In this document: positions 41,231 through 56,486 of the stretch, piece after piece
How positions within the stretch are numbered: the stretch's first letter is position 1
Layout: the number at the start of each line of letters is the position of its first letter
Assembly (NCBI GenBank): GCA_964016885.1
Contig: OZ024747.1
Coordinates: forward strand, 81,716,001-81,780,000
Length of the DNA stretch: 64,000 nucleotides
Source: Eledone cirrhosa
Lineage: Eukaryota
Direction: 5' to 3'
Program-made: the position numbers and the translations under genes
Notes under the pieces: model-generated
Told to the model about the DNA's origin: nothing
Databases searched by the model: none
Seen by the model: only the letters and a program-made list of their open reading frames with translations

Positions 41231-41296
41231 TATTTTGTCTGATGAAGGCATAACATATTGTTAATATGATATCCCCGAAATATATATAATGAAATA
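41231..41296 (+). ncRNA. Type I hammerhead ribozyme (element C, sense)
   Basis: TATTTTGT CTGATGA AGGCATAACATATT GTT AATATGATATCCCC GAAA TATATA TA ATGAAATA. Confidence 0.78.
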
Positions 41297-41424
41297 AATA
41301 TGGTTTTATAAATATAGTTTTCCATTTATTTAATATTGTAAATATACTCCAAATATTTGTCGAGTGCTTTTATATCAGTTATAAATATTTACTAGTTGTA
41401 ACCCAACAATTTTAAATATAACTT

Positions 41425-41975
<551 letters not shown>

Positions 41976-44710
41976 ATTATATAATTTATGTTTCGTTTTT
42001 TAGAGAAATAAGGAGACAGGAATAGAAGTTTACGATATAGTAAAAACATATTTCATACGTTTCTAGATAAATTGTCAGAAAATTTATTTTAGAATGTGTA
42101 GTCATATGACAACACAAAAATAGAAAAAAAATATTATGATATTAAAGATAATTATAAATAATAAAAAAATATGTAAGCATTCTGTACAACATGCAAGCAT
42201 TTTTGTAAAATTTCATTTCAATCCGACATGCTAACTTAATTAAATTCCAGAGAGAAAACATTTACTTTGAAATTACACAACTTTTTAAAGTGTAAATAGA
42301 GAAAAAGCACGCACATTCACCAAAAACAAAACAATGATGATGTTCTTAGTAAAAGTAGTTTCTGTTGTAATATTAATATTTGTAAAGTTAATATTTCCTT
42401 GTTAATTTAAAATGTGATTTCTGATTTTGTTTTCACAGTGTATCTAAGCAGTAAGAAAGCAATGCAGTTGTGTATGCAGTGTGTTTAGGACTAAATGAAA
42501 ATGATAAAGATAAAAGTGCAAAATTATTGTGTAGAACATTTGTTAGTAAAAGCTAGTAGAGTGGCATACTTACGGCTTTTAGGTTCTGCAAATTAACAGA
42601 AGTTTCACAGAATTATAAGTAACATCAAAACAAACCAGCCAACAAATAACAAAAACGTTAAAGGTGAAAGAAAAAAAAAATCAAAACTAACAAACAGCTC
42701 AAATTTTAAAATATCAAGTTCAAAAATTAGTTTTAGATTTGCATGGCAATATTTGGCATATAATCTCAAATATTCTTATAACTAATCCTATATTATTCAA
42801 TATTGTGCTTATTTCATAAAATGTTTCAAATTTAGCAAATTTATATTTTGATGAAATTTCTAATTGTTAAAAAAATTTGAATTTTTCATGTTTTATAAAA
42901 TTCCATGTAAACTTTGTATTTTATAAAATATATACTTCATAAATTTAAAATTATGTCATAAAATTCATGTTAATGTTTTTAACATTTCAAATACATTTGA
43001 CATTAGAGAAGTTGATTTATAAATTATGTCAAACATTTAATGTTTTCTGTATCTGCATGATTTTTTTCACAATTAATGTTAATGATCAATTAATAATAAT
43101 TGATCATTAATGATTGAATAGTTGTACTCAGTGTGGTCAGAGAAATTATTGTTTTAATCCATAGGTGAATGTAAATGTTTCCCAAGGAATCAAGACCATA
43201 ACCATAACCCCATACTGCAACACTTGCAAGTACAATTCTTATATTTTCAAGATTTACATGTGAATTCTTGAACATTTACAGAAAAGTGCTCTGTGACATT
43301 TTCCCATTCTACATAGTGAAAAGAGATTACAATTTATGATAGATTATTTATGAAAGAGAAATGTCAAAATAGAGAGATATGGTAAAGAAATATACAAACA
43401 TCTAATATTTTTTTTCCATAACAGTCATATTATATATACATTATGAAAGAATGTACATACAAACAAGAATTGTGACAATCTGGCATGAATTGAACCTATA
43501 TCTCTAAATTGATACCTACGTACATTACCGAATATATCTCAGTGATGTACAGACTTTTTTCTGGCTTTTAAATCAATGTATAAAGGCTAAGACATAGCAT
43601 TTCATTCCAATAGATATATTGTGATGCTGAATAGAGGTGAAAGATGCTTTGTAGCTAAACTGACATTACATTTCTTTCCAATAAAAATCTATCAAATTAG
43701 AGAGTAATCCGCTTCTAATTCATTGAGCTAATTAGAAATATTTTACTATTTATTAAGCAAGGATGTATATGTAAACAAATTAGAATCATATAAATTTAGT
43801 TAGATGGCAATAAAAAGAGAAATGTAGTTTTGATTCCTATTAGGCTCTCACAATTTTATTTCATTTTATTATTGTTTGTTTACACACATTCTTATTTACA
43901 TATATTTTAAAAACCTTTGGTTCAACAAAAAAAAAATTATTAGTAAGTACATAAGTATACTATATGAGATATGAGAATTTGCAAACAAAACACATCAAAA
44001 ACATTTTTCTCAAAACCACACTTTGTTACATTTCAATGTATTATTACTTTTTCTTTTCATAAAAGCAAACCAAATACAAACAGCATAACAAGGCAGAGAT
44101 ATTTGCAGATGTCATGGGGTTTTATCTTTAAATAAGTATTTGTGAATCTCCATTTGTTTTTACGTCCCCACCCTCTACCCACACAAACTCAACTACACAC
44201 ACAGTTTAAGGAGATAGGTTGTTCATTCAAATACACAGTATCTGTGAATGTATATAATATATTCCAATTCACTGTGAATACTGTCATAGGTTGTGTACCT
44301 CTGTAAATTTACATTTATCAATGTAGTTTCAGTATGCATCATTTCAGACTGAAGGACCTAATGTAAGAATTGTTCTAACTAATGACAATTGGTCTGAGTT
44401 TTTAACCACAATCTCATAACATCCAAAGTACATATTGAATCTCTAAGTCTTAACATAACAATTTTCTGTTATTCAGGTATTTTATCAACATGATTTTAAT
44501 CATCCTCAGGTTGGTCACTGGAATGTTAAATAGCTTTTTAAAGAAAATTACCCACACTCTTCTTTAAAATCTCAAGTTCAAAGTATATTATTATTATTTA
44601 CCTTTCCTCTGTTCCCAAGCAATGAATATCTTAAATTCTGCACCATAAAACCTGACAGTTGCACTCTAGTTCTTATCAAATTAAATATTATTTTACACTG
44701 TTCATACAGC

Positions 44711-44824
<114 letters not shown>

Positions 44825-46057
44825 TAATAAATGAACAGAGAACAAAAAACAGAGAGGCAGTACAAATTATATTAGGATTAGTTTCACGCTTGAGGGTTGG
44901 GGGTGGGGGACATATATATATTGGGCAACAAATATTACATGTAGTCCTTCATTTTAAGGAAATCCCATAAATGTTAAATTCTCCAGACTTTATATCATTA
45001 ATACTTATTACTTCCACCTTATATGTTACATTCATCCCCTTCATTTCTACCCCACTTCCTGTCTTACGCAATCGACACTGAACATTTTCTTTACAAAACA
45101 CTAAAAAATATGTAGGCACCATAAAAATATTAAGACAGTAGTATACACGACACAGCAAAATATTAAATATAAATTCATCCTTTTGGTACCAAAAGACCGT
45201 TTTTAATCACAAACTACTATTTTCCGTCATAGCTAGAAAATGACATTTAGGTACAATCAGATATAAGAAGTTAAAAGAAAGGGAGCCAGGACATGGACAT
45301 GTGGTATCCATATTTATCTCAACAATGTTAGTACAGTAAATAATGCCATTCAAAACAATATCAACACGTGAATAATCAATTCCAAATGATGCAATCCTAT
45401 ATTGCCTTATGCACAACTATTGTCATGACTCTTGATTTCTCCAAACCAGGCATGCAAAATCAATAACAAAAATAATAATACAATTTTCAATTGAATATAT
45501 ATGTGCATGTGGAAGAGCACCTGTATACAAATGGAAGATGTCAACATAGTTTCAAACAAGATCATCATCCTAACTGAGTATAAATCTCTAAAATAATCCA
45601 CATGCCTAAATATGATTTATAGAAATGATAGTACACTCACATTAGTCTTTAAACTACAACCAGTGATGACAAACTGATTGATATCTGTTGAGGATAATGT
45701 CAGAGTCTACAGTGTGAGACATAGAAGTTACTAATACAACCACAAATTTGCCAAAGAAATGAATAAAACCTGCTGTACAGCTAACCATCTTTGCTATATA
45801 TTCAGCCTGCAACTGGCGGAGTTTAGCATCACAAGGGATGTAAGTTCCACTGTATTTATTTGAATGTATTTATAGAGTAACTGATACACACACACACACA
45901 CCTCATCAGCATCATCGTTTAACATCAATTTTTGACTCTAGCATGGGCTGTCCTTTTGTGAGAGATCAGGCCAGAGGACAGCATTTCGCTCACACAGAAC
46001 TGATTTTGGCTAGGTTTCTATGGCTGGATGCCCTTCATAATGCTAACCACATTTACA

Positions 46058-46093
<36 letters not shown>

Positions 46094-46579
46094 AAAAGCA
46101 AACACATTTAATCTCACAAACACATGCAATATATAATGGAGAAAGAGTGATTGTTTTAGTTTAAAAAATATATGTAAAAGCATATATTGTATGTAACTGC
46201 TTAAATATTACTACTGATCATTGGGCTGGGTCACATGACACAGTAAATGTGTAAAACATGCAATACTTCAATATACATATATCTACGCCATGGAAAAAAT
46301 ATTCAACACTTCTAAACCTAACCAACTTATCTCATCTATCCTACTTTAAATTAAATACTACAAAATCAAATAGTTAGTAGTCAGATGGTTATCCAACTTT
46401 AACATCAATGCATTGCATTTTTTTAAAAAAGCAACAAAATCATGTTATTTAGGAAAAGAAAGAAAAAACGAGTTTAGTATTTTACAAGATTGATTGTGTC
46501 ACATAATTATCACACATCCTCACTACTGATTCTTCTCTCTCTCTCCATTTAAGGAAGCACCAGATGACACACACACACA

Positions 46580-46670
<91 letters not shown>

Positions 46671-47015
46671 ATTATTTATTACAAGTTCTAGATACACTAT
46701 ATATATATACATACAGAGAGATGGGCGGGGGGGAGATTGATAAACAATACATGAATACACTGTATATTTATATAAATAAATAAATATATATATATATATA
46801 TGTGTGTGTATATATAAATAGTATAGTTAATTTGAAGCATTGTGAGATATTGATTGGTAAGGACCATAAATAAAATCAAAACGAATTAATGTTTTTTACC
46901 CAGTATATATCAACATAATATTCAAATGCAAAGCAAAAATGTTGCAAAACAAAAACAAATTATGCGTTTTTCATTAACTGGTCTAGTTATGGAAGAAAAT
47001 CTCGTTCTTTTTTAT

Positions 47016-47057
47016 TAGCATTTGAAAAGAGGGCAATAACCCTGAAATATTATGTTG
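47016..47057 (+). ncRNA. Type I hammerhead, UUGAAAA variant, in an old fold-back insert (~46820-47165)
   Basis: TAGCAT TTGAAAA G AGGG CAATAA CCCT GAA ATAT T ATGTTG; 6-bp stem I with wobbles; inverted arms about 46845-46925 / 47045-47125. Confidence 0.62.
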
Positions 47058-47163
47058 GAATATACTGGGTGAAGAACATTACTTTGTTTTGTTTTATTTA
47101 TTATCCTTTTCCTATTAGATATTTCTACCACATTGTACCAACTTTCTGATATACTTACTAATC

Positions 47164-47235
<72 letters not shown>

Positions 47236-47392
47236 CACCTTCACTTAGTTTGAAGATACTGAAGATGCAAAAGAATTTTGAGAACCTTAATAAATGAATG
47301 TTACTTCCTCCGTTTGGGCAACAATAGAAGGTTTGATAGGAGTCTTTAATCAGTCTGAGACCTAACAACCTATCTGGCACTATGATAAAATG

Positions 47393-50300
47393 CATCCAGT
47401 ACATCCTATGATGTCCTAATGTTGGTACTATAAACAATACATCCAGTACATCCTATGATGTCCTAATGTTGGTACTATAAACAATGCATCCAGTACATCC
47501 TGTCATGTCCTAATGTTGGTAATATAAACAATACATCCAGTACATCCTGTAATGTCCTAATGTTGGTACTACAAACAATACATCCAGTACATCCTGTAAT
47601 GTCCTAATGTTGGTACTACAAACAATACATCCAGTACACCCTGTAATGTCCTAATGTTGGTACTATAAACAATACATCCAGTACATCCTGTAATGTCCTA
47701 ATGTTGGTACTACAAACAATACATCCAGTACATCCTGTGATGTCCTAATGTTGGTACTATAAACAATACATCCAGTACATCCTGTAATGTCCTAATGTTG
47801 GTACTACAAACAATACATCCAGTACATCCTGTGATGTCCTAATGTTGGTACTATAAACAATACATCCAGTACATCCTGTAATGTCATAATGTTGGTACTA
47901 CAAACAATACATCCAGTACACCCTGTAATGTCCTAATGTTGGTACTACAAACAATACATCCAGTACATCCTGTAATGTCCTAATGTTGGTACTATAAACA
48001 ATACATCCAGTACATCCTGTGATGTCCTAATGTTGGTACTACAAACAATGCATCCAGTACATCCTGTAATGTCCTAATGTTGGTACTACAAACAATACAT
48101 CCAGTACACCCTGTAATGTCCTAATGTTGGTACTACAAACAATACATCCAGTACATCCTGTAATGTCCTAATGTTGGTACTACAAACAATACATCCAGTA
48201 CACCCTGTAATGTCCTAATGTTGGTACTACAAACAATACATCCAGTACATCCTGTAATGTCCTAATGTTGGTACTACAAACAATACATCCAGTACATCCT
48301 GTAATGTCCTAATGTTGGTACTACAAACAATACATCCAGTACATCCTGTAATATCCTAATGTTGGTACTACAAACAATACATCCAGTACATCCTGTAATG
48401 TCCTAATGTTGGTACTACAAACAATACATCCAGTACATCCTGTAATGTCCTAATGTTGGTACTACAAACAATACATCCAGTACATCCTGTGATGTCCTAA
48501 TGTTGGTACTATAAACAATACATCCAGTACATCCTGTAATGTCCTAATGTTGGTACTACAAACAATACATCCAGTACATCCTGTAATGTCCTAATGTTGG
48601 TACTACAAACAATACATCCAGTACATCCTGTGATGTCCTAATGTTGGTACTATAAACAATACATCCAGTACACCCTGTAATGTCCTAATGTTGGTACTAC
48701 AAACAATACATCCAGTACATCCTGTAATGTCCTAATGTTGGTACTACAAACAATACATCCAGTACATCCTGTAATGTCCTAATGTTGGTACTACAAACAA
48801 TACATCCAGTACATCCTGTAATGTCCTAATGTTGGTACTATAAACAATACATCCAGTACATCCTGTGATGTCCTAATGTTGGTACTACAAACAATACATC
48901 CAGTACACCCTGTAATGCCCTAATGTTGGTACTACAAACAATGCATCCAGTACATCCTGTAATGTCCTAATGTTGGTACTACAAACAATACATCCAGTAC
49001 ATCCTGTAATGTCCTAATGTTGGTACTACAAACAATACATCCAGTACATCCTGTGATGTCCTAATGTTGGTACTATAAACAATACATCCAGTACATCCTG
49101 TAATGTCCTAATGTTGGTACTACAAACAATACATCCAGTACACCCTGTAATGTCCTAATGTTGGTACTATAAACAATACATCCAGTACATCCTGTAATGT
49201 CCTAATGTTGGTACTATAAACAATACATCCAGTACATCCTGTAATGTCCTAATGTTGGTACTATAAACAATACATCCAGTACATCCTGTAATGTCCTAAT
49301 GTTGGTACTACAAACAATACATCCAGTACATCCTGTGATGTCCTAATGTTGGTACTATAAACAATACATCCAGTACATCCTGTAATGTCATAATGTTGGT
49401 ACTACAAACAATACATCCAGTAATTCCTGTAATGTCCTAATGTTGGTACTACAAACAATGCATCCAGTACATCCTGTGATGTCCTAATGTTGGTACTACA
49501 AACAATACATCCAGTACATCCTGTGATGTCCTAATGTTGGTACTATAAACAATACATCCAGTACACCCTGTAATGTCCTAATGTTGGTACTATAAACAAT
49601 ACATCCAGTACATCCTGTAATGTCCTAATGTTGGTACTACAAACAATACATCCAGTACATCCTGTGATGTCCTAATGTTGGTACTATAAACAATACATCC
49701 AGTACATCCTGTAATGTCCTAATGTTGGTACTACAAACAATACATCCAGTACATCCTGTAATGTCCTAATGTTGGTACTATAAACAATACATCCAGTACA
49801 TCCTGTAATGTCATAATGTTGGTACTACAAACAATACATCCAGTACATCCTGTAATGTCCTAATGTTGGTACTACAAACAATGCATCCAGTACATCCTGT
49901 AATGTCCTAATGTTGGTACTACAAACAATACATCCAGTACATCCTGTAATGTCCTAATGTTGGTACTACAAACAATGCATCCAGTACATCCTGTAATGTC
50001 CTAATGTTGGTACTACAAACAATGCATCCAGTACATCCTGTAATGTCCTAATGTTGGTACTATAAACAATACATCCAGTACACCCTGTAATGTCCTAATG
50101 TTGGTACTACAAACAATACATTCAGTACACCCTGTAATGTCCTAATGTTGGTACTACAAACAATGCATCCAGTACACCCTGTAATGTCCTAATGTTGGTA
50201 CTACAAACAATACATCCAGTACATCCTGTGATGTCCTAATGTTGGTACTATAAACAATACATCCAGTACATCCTGTAATGTCATAATGTTGGTACTACAA

Positions 50301-53300
50301 ACAATACATCCAGTACACCCTGTAATGTCCTAATGTTGGTACTACAAACAATACATCCAGTACACCCTGTAATGTCCTAATGTTGGTACTACAAACAATA
50401 CATCCAGTACACCCTGTAATGTCCTAATGTTGGTACTACAAACAATACATCCAGTACACCCTGTAATGTCCTAATGTTGGTACTACAAACAATACATCCA
50501 GTGCACCCTGTAATGTCCTAATGATGGTACTACAAACAATACATCCAGTACATCCTGTGATGTCCTAATGTTGGTACTACAAACAATACATCCAGTACAC
50601 CCTGTAATGTCCTAATGTTGGTACTATAAACAATACATCCAGTACATCCTGTAATGTCATAATGTTGGTACTACAAACAATACATCCAGTACATCCTGTG
50701 ATGTCCTAATGTTGGTACTATAAACAATACATCCAGTACATCCTGTAATGTCCTAATGTTGGTACTACAAACAATACATCCAGTACACCCTGTAATGTCC
50801 TAATGTTGGTACTACAAACAATACATCCAGTACATCCTGTAATGTCCTAATGTTGGTACTATAAACAATACATCCAGTACATCCTGTAATGTCATAATGT
50901 TGGTACTACAAACAATACATCCAGTACACCCTGTAATGTCCTAATGTTGGTACTACAAACAATACATCCAGTACACCCTGTAATGTCCTAATGTTGGTAC
51001 TGCAAACAATGCATCTAGTACATCCTGTAATGTCCTAATGTTGGTACTACAAACAATACATCCAGTACACCCTGTAATGTCCTAATGTTGGTACTATAAA
51101 CAATACATCCAGTACACCCTGTAGTGTCCTAATGTTGGTACTACAAACAATGCATCCAGTACACCCTGTAATGTCCTAATGTTGGTACTACAAACAATAC
51201 ATCCAGTGCACCCTGTAATGTCCTAATGTTGGTACTATAAACAATACATCCAGTACACCCTGTAATGTCCTAATGTTGGTACTATAAACAATACATCCAG
51301 TACACCCTGTAATGTCCTAATGTTGGTACTACAAACAATACATCCAGTGCACCCTGTAATGTCCTAATGTTGGTACTACAAACAATACATCCAGTACATC
51401 CTGTGATGTCCTAATGTTGGTACTATAAACAATACATCCAGTACATCCTGTAATGTCCTAATGTTGGTACTACAAACAATACATCCAGTACACCCTGTAA
51501 TATCCTAATGTTGGTACTACAAACAATACATCCAGTACACCCTGTAATGTCCTAATGTTGGTACTACAAACAATACATCCAGTACACCCTGTAATGTCCT
51601 AATGTTGGTACTACAAACAATGCATCCAGTACATCCTGTAATGTCCTAATGTTGGTACTACAAACAATGCATCCAGTACATCCTGTAATGTCCTAATGTG
51701 GGTACTACAAACAATGCATCCAGTACATCCTGTAATGTCCTAATGTTGGTACTACAAACAATACATCCAGTACACCCTGTAATGTCCTAATGTTGGTACT
51801 ACAAACAATACATCCAGTACATCCTGTAATGTCCTAATGTTGGTACTACAAACAATACATCCAGTACACCCTGTAATGTCCTAATGTTGGTACTACAAAC
51901 AATGCATCCAGTACATCCTGTAATGTCCTAATGTTGGTACTACAAACAATGCATCCAGTACACCCTGTAATGTCCTAATGTTGGTACTACAAACAATGCA
52001 TCCAGTACATCCTGTAATGTCCTAATGTTGGTACTACAAACAATGCATCCAGTACATCCTGTAATGTCCTAATGTAGGTACTACAAACAATACATCCAGT
52101 ACACCCTGTAATGTCCTACTGTTGGTACTACAAACAATGCATCCAGTACATCCTGTAATGTCCTAATGTTGGTACTACAAACAATGCATCCAGTACATCC
52201 TGTAATGTCCTAATGTTGCTACTACAAACAATGCATCCAGTACATCCTGTAATGTCCTAATGTTGGTACTACAAACAATACATCCAGTACATCCTGTAAT
52301 GTCCTAATGTTGGTACTACAAACAATACATCCAGTACACCCTGTAATGTCCTAATGTTGGTACTACAAACAATGCATCCAGTACACCCTGTAATGTCCTA
52401 ATGTTGGTACTACAAACAATGCATCCAGTACATCCTGTAATGTCCTAATGTTGGTACTACAAACAATGGATCCAGTACATCCTGTAATGTCCTAATCTTG
52501 GTACTACGAACAATACATCCAGTACACCCTGTAATGTCCTAATGTTGGTACTACAAACAATGCATCCAGTACATCCTGTAATGTCCTAATGTTGGTACTA
52601 CAAACAATACATCCAGTACACCCTGTAATGTCCTAATGTTGGTACTACAAACAATACATCCAGTACATCCTGTAATGTCCTAATGTTGGTACTACAAACA
52701 ATACATCCAGTACATCCTGTAATGTCCTAATGTTGGTACTACAAACAATACATCCAGTACATCCTGTAATGTCATAATGTTGGTACTACAAACAATACAT
52801 CCAGTACACCCTGTAATGTCCTAATGTTGGTACTACAAACAATACATCCTGTACATCCTGTAATGTCCTAATGTTGGTACTACAAACAATGCATCCAGTA
52901 CATCCTGTAATGTCCTAATGTTGGTACTACAAACAATGCATCCAGTACATCCTGTAATGTCCTAATGTTGGTACTACAAACAATGCATCCAGTACATCCT
53001 GTAATGTCCTAATGTTTGTACTACAAACAATGCATCCAGTACATCCTGTAATGTCCTAATGTTGGTACTACAAACAATACATCCAGTACATCCTGTAATG
53101 TCCTAATGTTGGTACTACAAACAATGCATCCAGTACATCCTGTAATGTCCTAATGTTGGTACTACAAACAATACATCCAGTACACCCTGTAATGTCCTAA
53201 TGTTGGTACTACAAACAATACATCCAGTACACCCTGTAATGTCCTAATGTTGGTACTACAAACAATGCATCCAGTACACCCTGTAATGTCCTAATGTTGG

Positions 53301-55404
53301 TACTACAAACAATGCATCCAGTACATCCTGTAATGTCCTAATGTTGGTACTACAAACAATACATCCAGTTCACCCTGTAATGTCCTAATGTTGGTACTAC
53401 AAACAATGCATCCAGTACACCCTGTAATGTCCTAATGTTGGTACTACAAACAATGCATCCAGTACACCCTGTAATGTCCTAATGTTGGTACTACAAACAA
53501 TGCATCCAGTACACCCTGTAATGTCCTAATGTTGGTACTACAAACAATGCATCCAGTACATCCTGTAATGTCCTAATGTTGGTACTATAAACAATACATC
53601 CAGTACATCCTGTAATGTCCTAATGTTGGTACTACAAACAATGCATCCAGTACATCCTGTAATGTCCTAATGTTGGTACTACAAACAATACATCCAGTAC
53701 ACCCTGTAATGTCCTAATGTTGGTACTACAAACAATGCATCCAGTACACCCTGTAATGTCCTAATGTTGGTACTACAAACAATGCATCCAGTACATCCTG
53801 TAATGTCCTAATGTTGGTACTACAAACAATACATCCAGTACACCCTGTAATGTCCTAATGTTGGTACTACAAACTATGCATCCAGTACATCCTGTAATAT
53901 CCTAATGTTGGTACTACAAACAATACATCCAGTACACCCTGTAATGTCCTAATGTTGGTACTACAAACAATGCATCCAGTACATCCTGTAATGTCCTAAT
54001 GTTGGTACTACAAACAATACATCCAGTACATCCTGTAATGTCCTAATGTTGGTACTACAAACAATACATCCAGTACACCCTGTAATATCCTAATGTTGGT
54101 ACTACAAACAATGCATCCAGTACATCCTGTAATGTCCTAATGTTGGTACTACAAACAATACATCCAGCACATCCTGTGATGTCCTAATGTTGGTACTACA
54201 AACAATACATCCAGTACACCCTGTAATATCCTAATGTTGGTACTATAAACAATACATCCAGTACACCCTGTAATATCCTAATGTTCGTACTACAAACAAT
54301 GCATCCAGTACATCCTGTAATATCCTAATGTTGGTACTACAAACAATGCATCCAGTACATCCTGTAATGTCCTAATGTTGGTACTACAAACAATACATCC
54401 AGTACACCCTGTAATATCCTAATGTTGGTACTACAAACAATGCATCCAGTACATCCTGTAATGTCCTAATGTTGGTACTACAAACAATACATCCAGTACA
54501 CCCTGTAATATCCTAATGTTGGTACTACAAACAATGCATCCAGTACATCCTGTAATGTCCTAATGTTGGTACTACAAACAATACATCCAGTACACCCTGT
54601 AATATCCTAATGTTGGTACTACAAACAATGCATCCAGTACATCCTGTAATGTCCTAATGTTGGTACTACAAACAATACATCCAGTACACCCTGTAATATC
54701 CTAATGTTGGTACTACAAACTATGCATCCAGTACATCCTGTAATGTCCTAATGTTGGTACTACAAACAATACATCCAGTACACCCTGTAATATCCTAATG
54801 TTGGTACTACAAACAATGCATCCAGTACATCCTGTAATGTCCTAATGTTGGTACTACAAACAATACATCCAGTACACCCTGTAATATCCTAATGTTGGTA
54901 CTACAAACAATGCATCCAGTACACCCTGTAATGTCCTAATGTTGGTACTACAAACAATGCATCCAGTACATCCTGTAATGTCCTAATGTTGGTACTACAA
55001 ACAATACATCCAGTACATCCTGTAATGTCCTAATGTTGGTACTATAAACAATACATCCAGTACATCCTGTAATGTCCTAATGTTGGTACTACAAACAATA
55101 CATCCAGTACATCCTGTAATGTCCTAATGTTGGTACTACAAACAATACATCCAGTACATCCTGTAATGTCCTAATGTTGGTACTATAAACAATACATCCA
55201 GTACATCCTGTAATGTCCTAATGTTGGTACTATAAACAATACATCCAGTACATCCTGTAATGTCCTAATGTTGGTACTACAAACAATACATCCAGTACAT
55301 CCTGTAATGTCCTAATGTTGGTACTACAAACAATACATCCAGTACATCCTGTAATGTCCTAATGTTGGTACTATAAACAATACATCCAGTACATCCTGTA
55401 ATGT
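47393..55404. repeat. Tandem array of a 47-bp unit, 170 full copies plus 22 bp
   Basis: Consensus CATCCAGTACATCCTGTAATGTCCTAATGTTGGTACTACAAACAATA. Unit starts at 47393, 47581, 50401, 53221 and 55383 are all in phase (7990 = 170 x 47). Confidence 0.98.
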
Positions 55405-55479
55405 ATGAGAAAGATGAAGTTATTGAAACTCATCTGATCTTCGGACATCCAATCCATGCCGAAAGAAAAGCAGATATAA

Positions 55480-55586
55480 AATAATTGTTTCTATTTTTGG
55501 CACAAGGCCAGAAAATACCCAGTGCATTACTGGTACTATATTTTATCGATCCCATATGGATGAAAGGCAAAGTTAAACTTGGCTGG
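55480..55586 (-). mobile_element. 5'-truncated SINE family A
   Basis: Tail and core of family A. Confidence 0.8.
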
Positions 55587-55633
55587 TAATTAATTCATCA
55601 ATGTCATCATGGCATAAGAGGAAACATGAGTTG

Positions 55634-55984
55634 TCACATCTGGGCTTAGTGGTTAGAGCATTGGGCTTGCAATCGAAAGGTTGTGAGTTCAATTCTCTGA
55701 CCGGGTGATGTGTTGTTTCCTTGAGCAAGACACTTTATTTCACATTACTCCAGTTTACTCAGCTGTAGAATTGAGATGATAGGGAGTGGGGTCCCTATCA
55801 TTCCACTGCAAAGTGGTCGTGGAGGTGCCACGGAAAAAAAGTACCCAGCACTCACTGTAAATGAGGTTGGTGTTAGGAAGGGCATCCAGCTGTAGAAATC
55901 AAGCCAGAATCAGTTCCCGTCTCGCCCTTGCAAGCAGGAAAAAGCGGACGTAAAATGATGATGATGATGATGATGATGATGATG
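55634..55984 (+). mobile_element. CORE-type SINE with RTE tail (family B), full length
   Basis: A box GGCTTAGTGGTTAGAGC, B box GAGTTCAATTC, CORE-like CCTTGAGCAAGACACTT..CAGTTTACTCAGCTGTAGAATTGAG; 3' part nearly identical to the RTE 3' UTR at 28280-28350; (GAT)n tail. Confidence 0.88.
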
Positions 55985-56140
55985 GGCTGCAAGCATATAC
56001 GTATTTTAACACCCCACTCTCACTAAGCTTGAAACAAATACTATTTGTAACATGTACTCCTGCCTTGTCTGTTTTTTGTATTCCAAACTATTTATATATA
56101 TGTATATATATGTATGTGTGTGTGTGTGTGGGGGGGGGGG

Positions 56141-56363
56141 CAATCGGGGGTAACCACAGTAAGGTACTCAATATAGAGCAGAGTATAAATGTTTAATATA
56201 GAAATGGCTTCTACTGGACTAGAACTGTTTCATTTTAAATCATCCCAATCACCACCTTCCCCTACCACCAGAAAACGTATAAATACCACTATATCACATT
56301 GGCTTTCCTGATGATTTACTTCGAATGACATGGTTCTCGTCCTGTAGAAGCCATTTCTATATT
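56141..56363. mobile_element. Fold-back insert with a decayed hammerhead
   Basis: Arms about 56196-56225 / 56333-56363; TATAAATA then CTGATGA at 56308; the left arm reads GATGA TTTAAAAT GAAACAGTTC on the minus strand. Confidence 0.5.
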
Positions 56364-56428
56364 ATATATATATATATATTATAAAATAACAGGAGGCTGG
56401 ACTGGTGTAATTCCTTAAAAGGTTTATT

Positions 56429-56486
56429 ATACTATGATCATTTCAATGACCGGGTTCAGTATGAATCCGGTGACATCATCAGGTAT
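56429..56486 (-). ncRNA. Type I hammerhead ribozyme
   Basis: Minus strand: ATAC CTGATGA TGTCACCGGATTCA TAC TGAACCCGGTCATT GAAA TGATCA TA GTAT; palindromic stem III A-TGATCA-T; ~50 nt from a (TA)n junction. Confidence 0.8.

Noticed and set aside
47393-55404. CRISPR-like array or repeat-protein gene
   Set aside because: Units are contiguous with no unique spacers, no cas genes are present, 47 is not a multiple of 3, and no long ORF is listed here
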